In this document: positions 36,616-46,184 of the stretch, in pieces
Position numbering within the stretch: position 1 is the first letter of the stretch
Layout: the number at the start of each line of letters is the position of its first letter
Virus record (IMG/VR): IMGVR_UViG_3300033463_000008
DNA from: a virus
Taxonomy: Duplodnaviria > Caudoviricetes
DNA: 64,000 bases
Direction: 5' to 3' (one strand)
Position numbers and translations under genes: made by a program
The notes under the pieces: model-generated
Told to the model about the DNA's origin: nothing
Database searches by the model: none
The model's input: only the letters and a program-made list of their open reading frames with translations

Positions 36616-38242
36616 TAAGGTTCTCTATAATGTAGACCAAACTACCGGTACTAACGGTACTACCGCAGATGAACGGAAACTGGCTCGAAAAAATATTGGT
36701 TTGGATGAAGTTGTTGGACATGCAGCGACTGCATCCGAATCTGGTATTGCTCCGCTTGATACGGGAGGTAAGATTCCTTCCAGATGTTTACCTTCACATG
36801 CACATGGTAATATTACTAATGATGGTAAAATTGGTAACACATCAGGGCTTCCTTTGGTGACAACGACCGATGGTCTAGTTACTACGGGTGCATTTGGTAC
36901 TGCTGCGGGTCAATTTGCAAGTGGTAACCATACACATGGATTTATTACTAATGATGGTAAGCTAGAGAATCGATATGGAGAATTGGAACCGGTGCTTGTT
37001 GCTGAGGATGGCACTATTGGTCTCGGCTTATTTGGAAGCGCCGCTAACGCCGTTGCTCGGGGTAACCATGGCCATGGCAATATTGCCAAAGATGGCAAGG
37101 TGAGTGTCGCAATTGGGAATAATGAGGTTCCAAACTGCATATTAGTAACTCGTACTGAATCCTCTGGACATGAGAATGACGTTGCATGTGGGCCGGCATT
37201 TGGAAACGATACTTCCAAATTTCTAAATCAAGCTGGTAAATGGGCTAATGTTGGAGTCGCAACAGATAGTTCTGTTGGCGGCATAATGCTAGGTTACACG
37301 TCAACTGGGAAAAATTATGCTGTGGAGCTTGATCATAATATGGCATATGTTAATGTGCCGTGGACTGAATATACCGCTGGCACCAACGTGAAGATTTCTA
37401 ACCAGAACGCCATCAGTTCCCTTCATGGCCTGAAGTCTTACAGCCGTACACAGCCGACCGGCGGCTATGGCGACATGGTGAAAGACGATTTGATTCTCGG
37501 AGTCTATCACATTTCTCCGCCTACGATTGTGAACAATGACAAGAAAAACAACATAGTCTACGAATACAAGGTAACCGACATTACAAATGTGTCATATTTT
37601 GACATCGGCTACGCGATGACTCCGGATGCCGACGGCTTTGTTCCGAATGTCCATTTCGTAATCGACCTTACTGGAGAAATTACAGACGATTCCGATCCAA
37701 GTATGATTAGATCACCGCATGACCATCTGACTCTCAGTGTGGGCCATGGCGATCCAAAAGCAATGGTAGCGAACTACTATGTACGCTACATCCCGATCTA
37801 CATCGGTCACAAGTACTTGGTCGACTTCTACGGCAATGTAGCCCATGTGAACGTGCTGGGTGAGAACCGTGTACAAGACATTGCGCCGAACTGGGGCGAT
37901 GTACAAGAATTCTTGAGCACCACCCCGAACACGACTCATCATAACATATCGTACAAGCTAGACAGTTATACGGTCTACCACATGGACATTTATACGAACG
38001 GCCTCCAGGCGGAGAGCACGGATAAGTACCAGTATCGCGTAGCACTCGGTGTTTACGGCTCGGGTAACATAAGGTACCTTACCGGATGGATCCGCCAAGA
38101 CTCTGGCAAGGCCATACAGCCGCACCTTGACTTCAATAGCGATATTTTCAGATCGATGTTCATAGAGTTTGACCAGGCGAACTACCCGATGGCCACGCAG
38201 AGTGTAAACCTTATGATCATGGGAACAAAGGAGAGGATGTAA
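36602..38242 (+). CDS. tail fibre-like protein
   Basis: ERKLARKNIGL, three HxHGxIxxDGK repeats, NYAVEL..AYVNVPW fibre motifs. Confidence 0.65.
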   Translation: MSKINKVLYNVDQTTGTNGTTADERKLARKNIGLDEVVGHAATASESGIAPLDTGGKIPSRCLPSHAHGNITNDGKIGNTSGLPLVTTTDGLVTTGAFGTAAGQFASGNHTHGFITNDGKLENRYGELEPVLVAEDGTIGLGLFGSAANAVARGNHGHGNIAKDGKVSVAIGNNEVPNCILVTRTESSGHENDVACGPAFGNDTSKFLNQAGKWANVGVATDSSVGGIMLGYTSTGKNYAVELDHNMAYVNVPWTEYTAGTNVKISNQNAISSLHGLKSYSRTQPTGGYGDMVKDDLILGVYHISPPTIVNNDKKNNIVYEYKVTDITNVSYFDIGYAMTPDADGFVPNVHFVIDLTGEITDDSDPSMIRSPHDHLTLSVGHGDPKAMVANYYVRYIPIYIGHKYLVDFYGNVAHVNVLGENRVQDIAPNWGDVQEFLSTTPNTTHHNISYKLDSYTVYHMDIYTNGLQAESTDKYQYRVALGVYGSGNIRYLTGWIRQDSGKAIQPHLDFNSDIFRSMFIEFDQANYPMATQSVNLMIMGTKERM

Positions 38243-38277
38243 TGGGAACTGTTGGAGAAATAACTTAAGGTTAATCT

Positions 38278-38601
38278 ATGGCATCTCAGGCAAAAGACAT
38301 AAGGGGTTCGCTTATACTCACGCCTTCACAGGCGGAGTTCATGGGCATACTCCTTAAAATGATGAAAAAGGAATGCAAGCATGTTCAGGAAACCGGTATG
38401 ATGCTAAAGCCGGGCCCAGGCAACATGTATTCCGATTTTGTCATTACAGTTAAATGCTCCCAGGACCGCCGTACATGCGAAGTGTACCGGAACAGAACCG
38501 GTACACTCATATTTGCAATGCTTAATGGCAAGGTTGTCGCTGCCGATTACGAAATCGATTTCGTTACGGAGCACATGAAGCGCAAGTTTAGCGCTCTATG
38601 A
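38278..38601 (+). CDS. hypothetical protein
   Basis: 107-aa ORF with RBS. Confidence 0.55.
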   Translation: MASQAKDIRGSLILTPSQAEFMGILLKMMKKECKHVQETGMMLKPGPGNMYSDFVITVKCSQDRRTCEVYRNRTGTLIFAMLNGKVVAADYEIDFVTEHMKRKFSAL

Positions 38602-39451
38602 ACTTTTTCAGCTTGCCCTTGACACTTTCATAATATTTCTGCCAGATGTCGATGACCTCGTTGACGGTCTTGTCGTCCGTCTTGTCCATCTTAATCTTCT
38701 TGTTATGGGATGGCGATGCGCGGAACACGTTTTCCTCGCCAAGATGGGCGCATGCTTCATAGTAATTGGCCATGCCGCTTCTTGCAACCCATTCGTCTAG
38801 GATGTATTCAAGCCATCCGAGCTTGGACATGTTGCCGCAGGCTGTGTGCGGGGTGTCCATGCCGGTATTGAACGACAGAATCTTGAAATCTCTATGTCCT
38901 GCCTTGGTCAAGCCGGATTCAAGGGTTTCGATAGGGTCATTGGCCCACATGCCACCATCACAGTAGCTCTTGCCATCCTGCATAATTACGTCAAAATAGG
39001 TCGGCGCGGAGCAGCTTGTGAGTACCGCGAACCACTTTTCGGTATCCTTATCCCCAAGGTCCCAGACCTTTTCGACGCTCTTGCCGTTCATGAAGGTAGC
39101 CGGGATGTACACAGACTTTTTCCAGTCGCCTATCTTGCCCGGAAAGGTCTTTTGAAGGATCGTCTTGAGCTTGGAATTGTTATATGTCGGGCACTTGATG
39201 TCAAAAACCTTATATGCAGGGTACTTTTTGAAGATATTCTTCAAGTTTCCCTTGTACAGGTCGAAGATTTCGTGCGCCGACAGGCCTTGTGCAAGGCCTG
39301 CTGCGATAATCGAGCCTGTAGAGGTGCCTCCGTAGGCGAAACTCATGTCGCAGAGCTTCTTGCCGAAATCTTGTTCCATCCTGGTCATGAATGCAAGTGG
39401 ACCGATACCGAGGGCACCGCCACCGGAAACGCTGATTGCTAGTCTTTTCAT
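38588..39451 (-). CDS. patatin-like phospholipase
   Basis: SGGGALG, GTSTG nucleophile, SAPTYF, DGG. Confidence 0.9.
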   Translation of the reverse strand: MKRLAISVSGGGALGIGPLAFMTRMEQDFGKKLCDMSFAYGGTSTGSIIAAGLAQGLSAHEIFDLYKGNLKNIFKKYPAYKVFDIKCPTYNNSKLKTILQKTFPGKIGDWKKSVYIPATFMNGKSVEKVWDLGDKDTEKWFAVLTSCSAPTYFDVIMQDGKSYCDGGMWANDPIETLESGLTKAGHRDFKILSFNTGMDTPHTACGNMSKLGWLEYILDEWVARSGMANYYEACAHLGEENVFRASPSHNKKIKMDKTDDKTVNEVIDIWQKYYESVKGKLKKFIER

Positions 39452-39546
39452 TGGAAAATCTCCTGTTTTCCAAAGCTTTAGCGGTTGGCCACGGTTTTTT
39501 AGCTTGCGATTGTATAAACTTTTCTTACATTTTCGTCAATTAAGTG

Positions 39547-39575
39547 TTGACAGAGTGTTGATAAGTTGTTATATT
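39547..39575 (+). promoter_or_regulatory. consensus sigma70 promoter for phage sigma gene
   Basis: TTGACA-17 nt-TATATT with extended TG. Confidence 0.75.
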
Positions 39576-39604
39576 AAGGTTAACAATATACAAAGGGGTG
39601 TGTT

Positions 39605-40417
39605 TTGCCCGCAATTTCAATTGAACCAGGAGTGCAAGAGCTCTTCGCCGAGGTTGCCGGTTATGAAATTATAGGCCAACGGGCGGAAAACGCCTGTTTC
39701 CAGACCTATCATACGAGCAAGAATGAGGGAGTGAGGGAAGCCGCCAAGGTCAAAATCATCAAATCGAACCTCAGGCTGGTGCTGAAGCTTGCAATGGACT
39801 ATCACAATGTCACCGGATTGCCCATTACCGACTTTTATACCGAGGGCAAACTAGGACTCATGGAGTCGTTTTACAAATACGATTATCGTAAAGGCGTAAA
39901 ATTCGGCTCATTTGCCATCTGGGAAGTCAGGCGCCATATGTCTATGGTTGTCCAGGGGCGCGATTTGGTCCATGTCCCCGTGCGTCAGCGCAAGCGCGTA
40001 TTGAAGGCTATACGGGACGGCCTACCGATGGACATGAATTACGGGACGGAAGCCATGAATGCCATCCTGGGCCCGGATTCACTCGACATGCCAGTGGGCG
40101 AGGATGGTGAAAATTCCACGTTCCTGTTACACGATGTCATACCCGATGAATCTACTGATGCCAATCCGGAAAAGAACGCTATCATGGAAGACATGCGAGA
40201 TGGCCTTGTTGCCGAAATGAAACGCGTCCTTACACCGATAGAGAACAAATTGTTGCGTTCCCTGTACGGACTTGACGGAGATGGGAGTAGTTTTGAGGAA
40301 GAGGCGGCGAATACCGGCATGAGCAAGGACTGGATTCGCAAGATCAAAAACCAGGCAATAGAGAAGCTGAGGGACAGCAAGCGCCTCAATGTCCTCCGCG
40401 ACTGCTATATGGAATAA
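39605..40417 (+). CDS. sigma70-family RNA polymerase sigma factor
   Basis: SNLRLVLKLA, EGKLGLM..YDYRKGVKFGSFAIW, SLDMPVG, region-4 HTH; TTG start. Confidence 0.9.
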   Translation: MPAISIEPGVQELFAEVAGYEIIGQRAENACFQTYHTSKNEGVREAAKVKIIKSNLRLVLKLAMDYHNVTGLPITDFYTEGKLGLMESFYKYDYRKGVKFGSFAIWEVRRHMSMVVQGRDLVHVPVRQRKRVLKAIRDGLPMDMNYGTEAMNAILGPDSLDMPVGEDGENSTFLLHDVIPDESTDANPEKNAIMEDMRDGLVAEMKRVLTPIENKLLRSLYGLDGDGSSFEEEAANTGMSKDWIRKIKNQAIEKLRDSKRLNVLRDCYME

Positions 40418-40423
40418 CTTAAT

Positions 40424-41392
40424 GTGGGCATCTGGTCCAAAATTGTCAACTTTTTCAAGTCGAAGCCGGACGATGACGGCTCCGAGGAGCGCAGTATGTA
40501 TAATGTAGATGACGGTCCTACCCTTATTTATAGTGACGAGCCCAACTTGTCGGATGCCGTGTACGATGCGAATAGCGGTCGCATGGTTGGCCACGCTTCC
40601 ACTAGCGCAAGGGCGGACTTGGAAAGGGTCGCCAGGGCGAATGCGTCAATGATTGTCCCGGGGCAGGTCGTTAGGCAACGCAGGCCGGCACAAAGGCCGA
40701 TGCAGCGCCCCGTGCAGCAACCGGTGCAGCAGCCTGTCCAGCAGGCCCAGCCGACACAGCCGGTCCAAGAGGCGGCACCCGTGGAGCAGCCGGTGCAGCA
40801 GGCCCCACAGCCGCAACCGCAACCCGTCTACCAGCAACCGGTGTATCAGCAGCCTATGTATCAGCAACCAGTATATCCACAACAGCAGTATTACCAGCAG
40901 CCACAATATTATCAACAGCCACAGTATTACCAGCAGCCGATGCCCCAGCAGCAACCACAGCCGCAGGGCGATGATGAAATCAAGCTGGTGCAGGGTGAAC
41001 GCATCGCAATCGCCCCGAACTTCCCGGCATACGAGATGATTGAGGTGAACGGCGTGTATCACTTGTACATCGACCTTCCGGGTGTGAAGAAGAGTGAACT
41101 TAAAATGAACTTCTCCGGTGGAAGCCTGTATGTCAGCGGGCACCGTGAACTCATGTGCGAGAAGTACCGCCCGAAGGGAAAGGGCAAGGGAAACAAGGGC
41201 AAGAAGCCGCAGTACGAGGCACTTATCGGTGTCGGGCGCCACTTGCTCGGGGATTTCAGCTTCCCGTTCTACTTCCCGAAGCCTGTAGACACTTCCCAGG
41301 ATTCGTTCAAGGCAAACTTGGTCGATGGCATCCTTCATATCGAGATGAGGGTGGCTGGTGTGGACACTGGAATTTCAATTGGATTGGGGTAA
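40424..41392 (+). CDS. small heat-shock (Hsp20/alpha-crystallin) protein with Q/P/Y-rich linker
   Basis: YIDLPGVKKSEL..LYVSG.R..GDFSF..P..V...ANLVDGILHI. Confidence 0.8.
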   Translation: MGIWSKIVNFFKSKPDDDGSEERSMYNVDDGPTLIYSDEPNLSDAVYDANSGRMVGHASTSARADLERVARANASMIVPGQVVRQRRPAQRPMQRPVQQPVQQPVQQAQPTQPVQEAAPVEQPVQQAPQPQPQPVYQQPVYQQPMYQQPVYPQQQYYQQPQYYQQPQYYQQPMPQQQPQPQGDDEIKLVQGERIAIAPNFPAYEMIEVNGVYHLYIDLPGVKKSELKMNFSGGSLYVSGHRELMCEKYRPKGKGKGNKGKKPQYEALIGVGRHLLGDFSFPFYFPKPVDTSQDSFKANLVDGILHIEMRVAGVDTGISIGLG

Positions 41393-41395
41393 AGT

Positions 41396-41695
41396 ATGGT
41401 AAAGTTTGACCTTGTATTGACTGATGGCCGGATCCATGTCGATACCATCGATGATGCTGAAAGTACTCCGGGTTCATCCCGGCAATACACTCGGTTCAAT
41501 GCCGAGTGCAAGCCGGAACTGAATCAGGTTCTTTCCAATCTGAGTGGTGCCAATTTGACTGATGCCCGGGTGGACGCGATTATATTTACGCTCGCAAAGC
41601 ACAACTTCATGAAGAAAGAAGCCATTCACCTTATGGATGATGATGGCCACTTGACCAATCGTATCCGTGTATTCATTGACAGCATAGAGCAGTAA
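41396..41695 (+). CDS. hypothetical protein
   Basis: ORF coupled to sHSP gene. Confidence 0.55.
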   Translation: MVKFDLVLTDGRIHVDTIDDAESTPGSSRQYTRFNAECKPELNQVLSNLSGANLTDARVDAIIFTLAKHNFMKKEAIHLMDDDGHLTNRIRVFIDSIEQ

Positions 41696-41732
41696 TATGA
41701 ACCGTGGTTCAACGACAGAAACTCAGAATGCA

Positions 41733-41760
41733 TAAAAGGCGACCGAATGGCCGCCTTTTT
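41733..41760. terminator. bidirectional terminator
   Basis: AAAAGGCGACC-loop-GGCCGCCTTTT between convergent genes. Confidence 0.7.
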
Positions 41761-41778
41761 AATGCGTGATTGTCTCCT

Positions 41779-42111
41779 TTAATGTTTCCCGCAGTTGCAT
41801 CCTTTCTTTACTGCGCCAATAACTTTTCTGATGGGTTTGGCTACCTTGTAGACAGCCTTCAAGCCAGCCTTTCTGAATTTTTCCGGGAGGATGAACAGGT
41901 AGTCGCCGATTTCGGGAAAATCGGTCGCCATCTTGTCAACCGCTGCTGTGCCGGAATACGTTGCACCCTTTGCGTCGACGTACTTGAAATCGTGTGCGTT
42001 TTCGTCGGCCTTGTAGTATTCCGCACGGTCCTTAACCTTGGCTCTAATCATGTGCATGAAGTTCGTGCACACGGAGCAGGTAGAGTCGTATATAATTCTT
42101 GGAAGCGCCAT
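41779..42111 (-). CDS. DCC1/DUF393-like thiol-disulfide oxidoreductase family protein
   Basis: N-terminal IIYDSTCSVC (DxxCxxC), later YSGTAAV. Confidence 0.7.
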   Translation of the reverse strand: MALPRIIYDSTCSVCTNFMHMIRAKVKDRAEYYKADENAHDFKYVDAKGATYSGTAAVDKMATDFPEIGDYLFILPEKFRKAGLKAVYKVAKPIRKVIGAVKKGCNCGKH

Positions 42112-43085
42112 TAGTCACCTATCTTTACTTTGTATCCGCCCATTTGGGGAGCTGTGCCGAACGAGCCATCCGGGTTGATGATGACCACTTCGGTAGGCTG
42201 GGTCATTACATTGCAGCTTGGATCCTTGCCGGAACAGATGTCCTGATATGGCATGCCGAGAATTTCATCAAGGTTGTCCGAAATCCGGTCGAGCATGTTG
42301 CACTTGGCATCATTCTGGGCAACCTTCATCGGGTTGTCATCAATGGTGCTACCGTCAAATGGCATTGCCTGGTCATTGAAGCCGACAATATTTTGAACAT
42401 CGTCAATGGATGCGTTGAGCATCGGCTGGATGTCGGTTGCGCGGAAGGTGAAAGTAGGCCATTCGCCGTCACAGGAGGTAAGAAGTTCATTCGGATTGGA
42501 AGTCGGTTTTGCAGCAGTAACCATCTGGCCGTCAGCTTTCTTTACGACAAACAGTGCCGGGGTGTTTCCACAGTGAACCACGTCGCCAAGATGGAAGCCG
42601 CCCTGCTGTGGGCAGCACTGGCCAGCGCATTCGAGCTGGTACATTCGCATGAAGTTGCGGCCCATGCCGCGTTCAACGCATTCGTCGAGGGACAGCTTGA
42701 GACCCATGCTTTCCTGGACCGGAGTTTCCGCGTTTTCTGTCGAATCTACGAATGTCTGCACGCCTTCCTTTAGCTTCTCGATGCCGTTGTTCATGTTGGA
42801 CATTGCGTCTGTGCCCGGGTCTTCAAAGAGAGGACCCTTCTGCTTATCCGGGTATGTCGGGTTGCCGGAGCATTCATCGGGTTCAGGTTTCTGGCCAGGA
42901 GCCTTGCCAGTTACCTTGCTAGTTACCTTGGTAACAGTTGGCTTTGCATTGAACGGTGTTGAACTGTCGCCGTAATCGGCATATATCGCATCAATGTCTT
43001 CTTCCGCTTCCATCATTGGACGGGAGATTGGGGAGGCTTCAATTTGTCTCGTGATAGCAAGCAGTTGGTCAAGTTCATCGCACAT
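42111..43085 (-). CDS. acidic hypothetical late protein
   Basis: TATAAACT at 43120-43113 overlapping terminase stop; MEA/QES sites. Confidence 0.6.
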   Translation of the reverse strand: MCDELDQLLAITRQIEASPISRPMMEAEEDIDAIYADYGDSSTPFNAKPTVTKVTSKVTGKAPGQKPEPDECSGNPTYPDKQKGPLFEDPGTDAMSNMNNGIEKLKEGVQTFVDSTENAETPVQESMGLKLSLDECVERGMGRNFMRMYQLECAGQCCPQQGGFHLGDVVHCGNTPALFVVKKADGQMVTAAKPTSNPNELLTSCDGEWPTFTFRATDIQPMLNASIDDVQNIVGFNDQAMPFDGSTIDDNPMKVAQNDAKCNMLDRISDNLDEILGMPYQDICSGKDPSCNVMTQPTEVVIINPDGSFGTAPQMGGYKVKIGD

Positions 43086-43115
43086 CGGGAATTCCTTTTC
43101 TTTAACAGTTACAGT

Positions 43116-45032
43116 TTATACTCTCGAAGCTACTGGTATACCCGGTACGGGCGGCTGTGGATAGGCGTAGTTCTGTGGCTGCTGTGGATAGTAACCTGGG
43201 TATTGATAGTTATAGTGTTGCTGATATGCCGGATGTTGCTGCATGTGATTATAACCGGGCGGATATGCCTGATATTGATGCTGCATATCCTGTCGGTAGC
43301 CTTGCGGCGGGCCATACTGGTATTGCTGTGGAACGCCTGAATAGACAGTGGCCTGAACCGGCTGTTGTTGCTGCTGCGACGGGCGCTGTACAGGCGGCAA
43401 CATGCGCTGGTTGCCGGCAAGTTCCATCATGCCGCGCTGTTCCTGCGAAATTTGCGGGTTGTGGATTTGCTCTGCCGCGTTGCGCATGTCGGCAATCTGA
43501 GCAGCCGGTGCGAACACCGCCCTGATTACGTCGTCCCAAGAGATTTCTTCCATTTCACCCTGGAAGTACGGCGAGTAGGCGTGGTAGACGGCCCAGTACA
43601 AGCTCGTAACGTGGTCGTCATGGTTACCGCCGGAAGCACCCCAGGTGCTCTTGGTGGGTCGAGTGAACGACATGAGCTCGTTGATTGTCTTCTCGTCATG
43701 GAGAATGAGGTAGTTCTTCTGGATGTAAGTCTTCAGCAGCATGACGGCCTGGTTCTTGGTAGTTCCAGTGGAGTACATGCCACGGAAGTAGCTATCGTAG
43801 TCAACGATATTCGGGTACTGCATTGCGGCAGTCATCGTCTGGTAGGCAAGCGAGCCGGATCCGCCATTATATTCGATTGTAAGTGCGGGGAAATTGTATT
43901 TCCGGAGTAGGGCAAATGACACTGCACAGAAGTCTTCTACGGTCACGCTGTTCGAGGACAGTGTGAGCACCTGTTCCAGCTTGGTACTGGTCTTTGCATA
44001 GAGGATTTGGAGGACGTGGTAGTCCTGACGCATACCGTAGCCGGTATCCAGTGCGGCAATGTAGACTGACTTGTCGAATTCCATCTGTTGCGGATTGAGC
44101 GGTCGCCGATAAACGCGGAGCTGGTATTCGTCCGGGATTCTCGGATGGGCCATCGGTTTGTCCGGATGCAGATGCTGCAAGGTGTGGTAGTCGATAAGGG
44201 TGACTGCGGAACCGATGAATTCGCATTCGTATTCCTGGCGGAATCTTTCTTCGCCACAGCGGAGTTTTTCGTCAATGCCCCACTGTTCGTCACGACCGGG
44301 CACTTCATTCCAGAGCACCGTGGACCTGACGTACTTCGCCTGCAATTCGTGTGCGGTTGCCGTAGATTCATCGACCGCATCTTCCCACATTCGATAGAAG
44401 TGGTTCATGCCCGCCGGCGTTGACGTAATGATGACTCGCGTCTTCTTACCTGACGAGATAGTCGGGAACACGGAAGCCATGAATTCATCGGCCATGCCCG
44501 GACGCAAGAACGCAAATTCGTCAAGGTACAGTAGATTCGGGGAGAAACCACGAATACCGTCCGATGATGAAGCCGCGATGATGATACGGCAGCCGTTGGC
44601 GAACTGGATGGACATCTTGTTCCACAGTTTTACGCCGGGCTGTAGCCAGTAGGGGAGGTTCAGGTAGGATTCTCGCAGGAGCTGCAACTGTTCCTTAGCA
44701 AGCATGAGCTTGTTTGCCAGCATTGCGATGAGCTGGTCTTCGTGGAACATTGCGTACCAAAGGATAAATGCGCGGACAATGGTGGATTTACCCACCTGCC
44801 GGGACCATCGGTTGATGTTGAACCTGTATTTGAGGAAACGCCGAATTGCCTCGTCCTGGAACGGGTACGTCTTCATCAGCTGGGTGCCCTCGTCCTTTGT
44901 GTTGATGTAGACGTAGTGGCGGATGAAGTAAATAGGGTCCTTGGTGCAGCGCTCGATTTCTTGCAGCTGCCACATTTCGAGCTTCACAGACTCGCTTGCA
45001 GACCTTAGATTATGTATCCCGTTGAATGGCAT
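43116..45032 (-). CDS. large terminase (gp17-like) with Q/Y/P-rich C-terminal tail
   Basis: DPIYFI, SRQVGKST, LYLDEFAF, ITSTP.G, FRQEYECEF, HDDHV; late promoter at 45050-45043. Confidence 0.95.
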   Translation of the reverse strand: MPFNGIHNLRSASESVKLEMWQLQEIERCTKDPIYFIRHYVYINTKDEGTQLMKTYPFQDEAIRRFLKYRFNINRWSRQVGKSTIVRAFILWYAMFHEDQLIAMLANKLMLAKEQLQLLRESYLNLPYWLQPGVKLWNKMSIQFANGCRIIIAASSSDGIRGFSPNLLYLDEFAFLRPGMADEFMASVFPTISSGKKTRVIITSTPAGMNHFYRMWEDAVDESTATAHELQAKYVRSTVLWNEVPGRDEQWGIDEKLRCGEERFRQEYECEFIGSAVTLIDYHTLQHLHPDKPMAHPRIPDEYQLRVYRRPLNPQQMEFDKSVYIAALDTGYGMRQDYHVLQILYAKTSTKLEQVLTLSSNSVTVEDFCAVSFALLRKYNFPALTIEYNGGSGSLAYQTMTAAMQYPNIVDYDSYFRGMYSTGTTKNQAVMLLKTYIQKNYLILHDEKTINELMSFTRPTKSTWGASGGNHDDHVTSLYWAVYHAYSPYFQGEMEEISWDDVIRAVFAPAAQIADMRNAAEQIHNPQISQEQRGMMELAGNQRMLPPVQRPSQQQQQPVQATVYSGVPQQYQYGPPQGYRQDMQHQYQAYPPGYNHMQQHPAYQQHYNYQYPGYYPQQPQNYAYPQPPVPGIPVASRV

Positions 45033-45128
45033 AGTACAAAGCAGTTTATAAGGCATTGATTTGTGGACGATTATCGGGATTTTTGGATTTTGGACAGAAA
45101 TTGGGAAATTTTTTGCTATATTTTTGAC

Positions 45129-46184
45129 ATGAAGTTTCTTGTGATTACTGCATTTTGTGACAAGGGTGACCGCTATCGTCGAAGGAACCTGGAGGCGACA
45201 CTTGAGAACAACATGAAATTGTTCCCGGAAGCTATTTTTTGCGTATCCGAGCAGAATCCGACTGGGTGGTTCGATACGCTTAATTTGGATCCGTCCAGGG
45301 TTCGCCATGTTACATTGAATATTGACGGCGGTTTTTGCAAGACTGCGCTGTTAAATGCGGCAATCGAAGCTGTCCCGGACACAGAAGCTATCGCAATGGT
45401 TGATGGCGATGTGTATCTTAACGAAAAGGTCGTTGACTATATACGCAACCACTGGAATGATGGTTCGCTGGTGTTCCCGTATTCAGAGGCAGTGTACTTG
45501 AAGGAAACTGATACCCGAATGCTGGTTAAAGGTATGCCGCTGCTTCCGGGTCCAAAGGACCACGGGGTAAATATCGACCGTCAGACTGGTCTGTGCAATG
45601 TGTTTACACGGGATACGTGGAAACAAGTTGGCAAGTATGATGAAGAATTTGTAAACTGGGGTGCCGAGGACGATGCTTTTCTTACAAAATGCAAGCGTCT
45701 GGTCGGGCCGATTGTGCGGAATAGAGAGCCGGGATGCGTGGCGTACCATCTGTTCCATCCGGCTGCTAACACACCTGAATATCTGAAAAGCAGTCCGCTG
45801 TACCTTGCTAACCGTGTAAGGCAGGCATGCGTAAGGCGCATGAGCGACGAAGACCTTAAACTGTACGTGTCCGGCAGGCGCACTTTGGCCGAGATGGTGG
45901 AGAAGTACAATGACATGGGTCGGCTGGCGGTTAGCCTGGATTGGCAATGCACTCCAAGGACTTCACTACACATGGACACCACTATATACGATGTGGACCG
46001 TACCGGCAAAATGACCTTCGAAAAGGTGATGAAGGCTATTGAGGAAGAAGACAGCGCAGAATACTGCGTCACTTTCATTGATGAAATTTTGTTGCAACTG
46101 CCTGATTTGACGCAGTTGCAGATAGATGAGATTGTGGGATTGCGGAAGCATTATGAGGAGTTAGCCAATGCAGTTCAGTCGTGA
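45129..46184 (+). CDS. GT-A fold glycosyltransferase (GT2/GT7C-like)
   Basis: LLNAAI, MVDGD (DxD), YDEEFVNWGAEDD, HLFH. Confidence 0.8.
   Translation: MKFLVITAFCDKGDRYRRRNLEATLENNMKLFPEAIFCVSEQNPTGWFDTLNLDPSRVRHVTLNIDGGFCKTALLNAAIEAVPDTEAIAMVDGDVYLNEKVVDYIRNHWNDGSLVFPYSEAVYLKETDTRMLVKGMPLLPGPKDHGVNIDRQTGLCNVFTRDTWKQVGKYDEEFVNWGAEDDAFLTKCKRLVGPIVRNREPGCVAYHLFHPAANTPEYLKSSPLYLANRVRQACVRRMSDEDLKLYVSGRRTLAEMVEKYNDMGRLAVSLDWQCTPRTSLHMDTTIYDVDRTGKMTFEKVMKAIEEEDSAEYCVTFIDEILLQLPDLTQLQIDEIVGLRKHYEELANAVQS

Noticed and set aside
45033-45308. N-terminal extension of terminase overlapping the GT gene
   Set aside because: Late promoter at 45050-45043 places the start at 45032; the extension is incidental open frame
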